Of a stretch of 64,000 bases of DNA, positions 63,284 to 64,000 are shown in pieces. How positions within the stretch are numbered: position 1 is the first letter of the stretch; every line of letters starts with the position of its first letter. The notes below the pieces were generated by a model that did no database searches, was not told where the DNA came from, and worked only from the letters and a program-made list of their open reading frames with translations. This DNA comes from Orbicella franksi (lineage: Eukaryota): NCBI GenBank assembly GCA_964199315.1, contig OZ116699.1:3038001-3102000 (forward strand). Direction: 5' to 3'. A program made the translations under genes and the position numbers.

Positions 63284-63610
63284 GAGATGGCACAACATGA
63301 TGCACAACATGACTCAGCTGCTTGCATGTCATGGAGAGGTGATGAAGAATCCGATGGTGAAGCATTGTCCGTGCCATACCAAAAACGCAGAGAACAGTTA
63401 TGCATAAATGGGGAGACATGAAGAGTGCCCCTACTACAGTCATCTATCAGGATGGAAGGTTTCATCCCACTCAAATATGTTGGGGGTGACTATGATAGGG
63501 ATGGTCAAACTTGGTGCTGGGATTGTAGCTTTGGTGCATATTATTGCATCCAGTGCTGCAATGAGTTGCACAGACTGAAACATCAGTTTTATACACCACA
63601 AGTGCTCAAG
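63284..63610 (+). pseudogene. CxC3-like exon, copy 4 (5' part and acceptor deleted)
   Basis: CWDCSFGAYYCIQCCNELHRLKH with the donor retained. About 0.4 kb is missing upstream. Confidence 0.6.
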
Positions 63611-64000
63611 GTGAGTGTGTTTTGTATTTTCAAGTTAACAAATTGATTTTCATGCTTTGAAAACATTAAATTTTATACGGGATACTGACTATTAAGGAGA
63701 ATATTAATGGCTATCAAGAAATGTTACGTCAAAACTTGACAGGATATGGGATCTCACGACTCCCTCTTCAATGGAGCCCCGAAAACAGAAGCCCCCTCTT
63801 TTGCAACATTGTGCCTTGTAATAAAAACCACTCACACATTTTATTGTGTTTGAGCGTAGCCATTAAGTCTTTAGGGGTGACAATTTTATCCTTTTTCCAT
63901 TTTCATAGTACTTGGGACACAACAAAATGCTCAAACTTTTTGAGGGTGATGACGTGGCACTTGAGCACCCTGCGGCATGGGGACTTGAACAACTAAAAAA

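Larger units (their letters stand above)
56941..64000 (+). repeat. Higher-order tandem repeat, copy 2 (runs off the window)
   Basis: Same module order M1-X-M2-U-U-M4 as copy 1. Confidence 0.93.

Overview
This is AT-rich eukaryotic DNA with spliceosomal introns. The SINE, MITE and palindromic repeat types look like those of stony corals or other anthozoans (inference, not verified). It falls into three zones. (1) 1-17.5 kb is poor in transposons and holds the only clearly intact host gene, a two-exon Hex/HHEX homeobox gene on the minus strand (11829-11538 joined to 10889-10600, 193 aa). It has a TATA box, a CCAAT box and a GATA-site cluster upstream. (2) 17.5-49 kb is a nested transposon graveyard. 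It contains ATTAAT-bounded palindromic elements, a 5'-truncated L1/Tx1 LINE with a 16-bp TSD, TIR elements with 7-bp and 5-bp TSDs, a CR1/L2-group LINE, a decayed Ty3/Gypsy element and a nearly intact DIRS1-like tyrosine-recombinase retrotransposon. These sit in and between decayed, spliced, plus-strand ORFs: SAMD3-like, SWIM-YqaJ, a UBX-like fragment, a KDZ (Kyakuja-Dileera-Zisupton) transposase, a coiled-coil exon and a RING-like exon. (3) 49.3-64 kb is a hierarchical tandem array with a 7.67-kb period and a ~1.85-kb sub-unit, which has amplified a CxC3-like (KDZ-associated) cysteine-cluster exon to four copies. I see no rRNA, true tRNA or CRISPR. All domain calls come from motif recognition by eye, with no database search.
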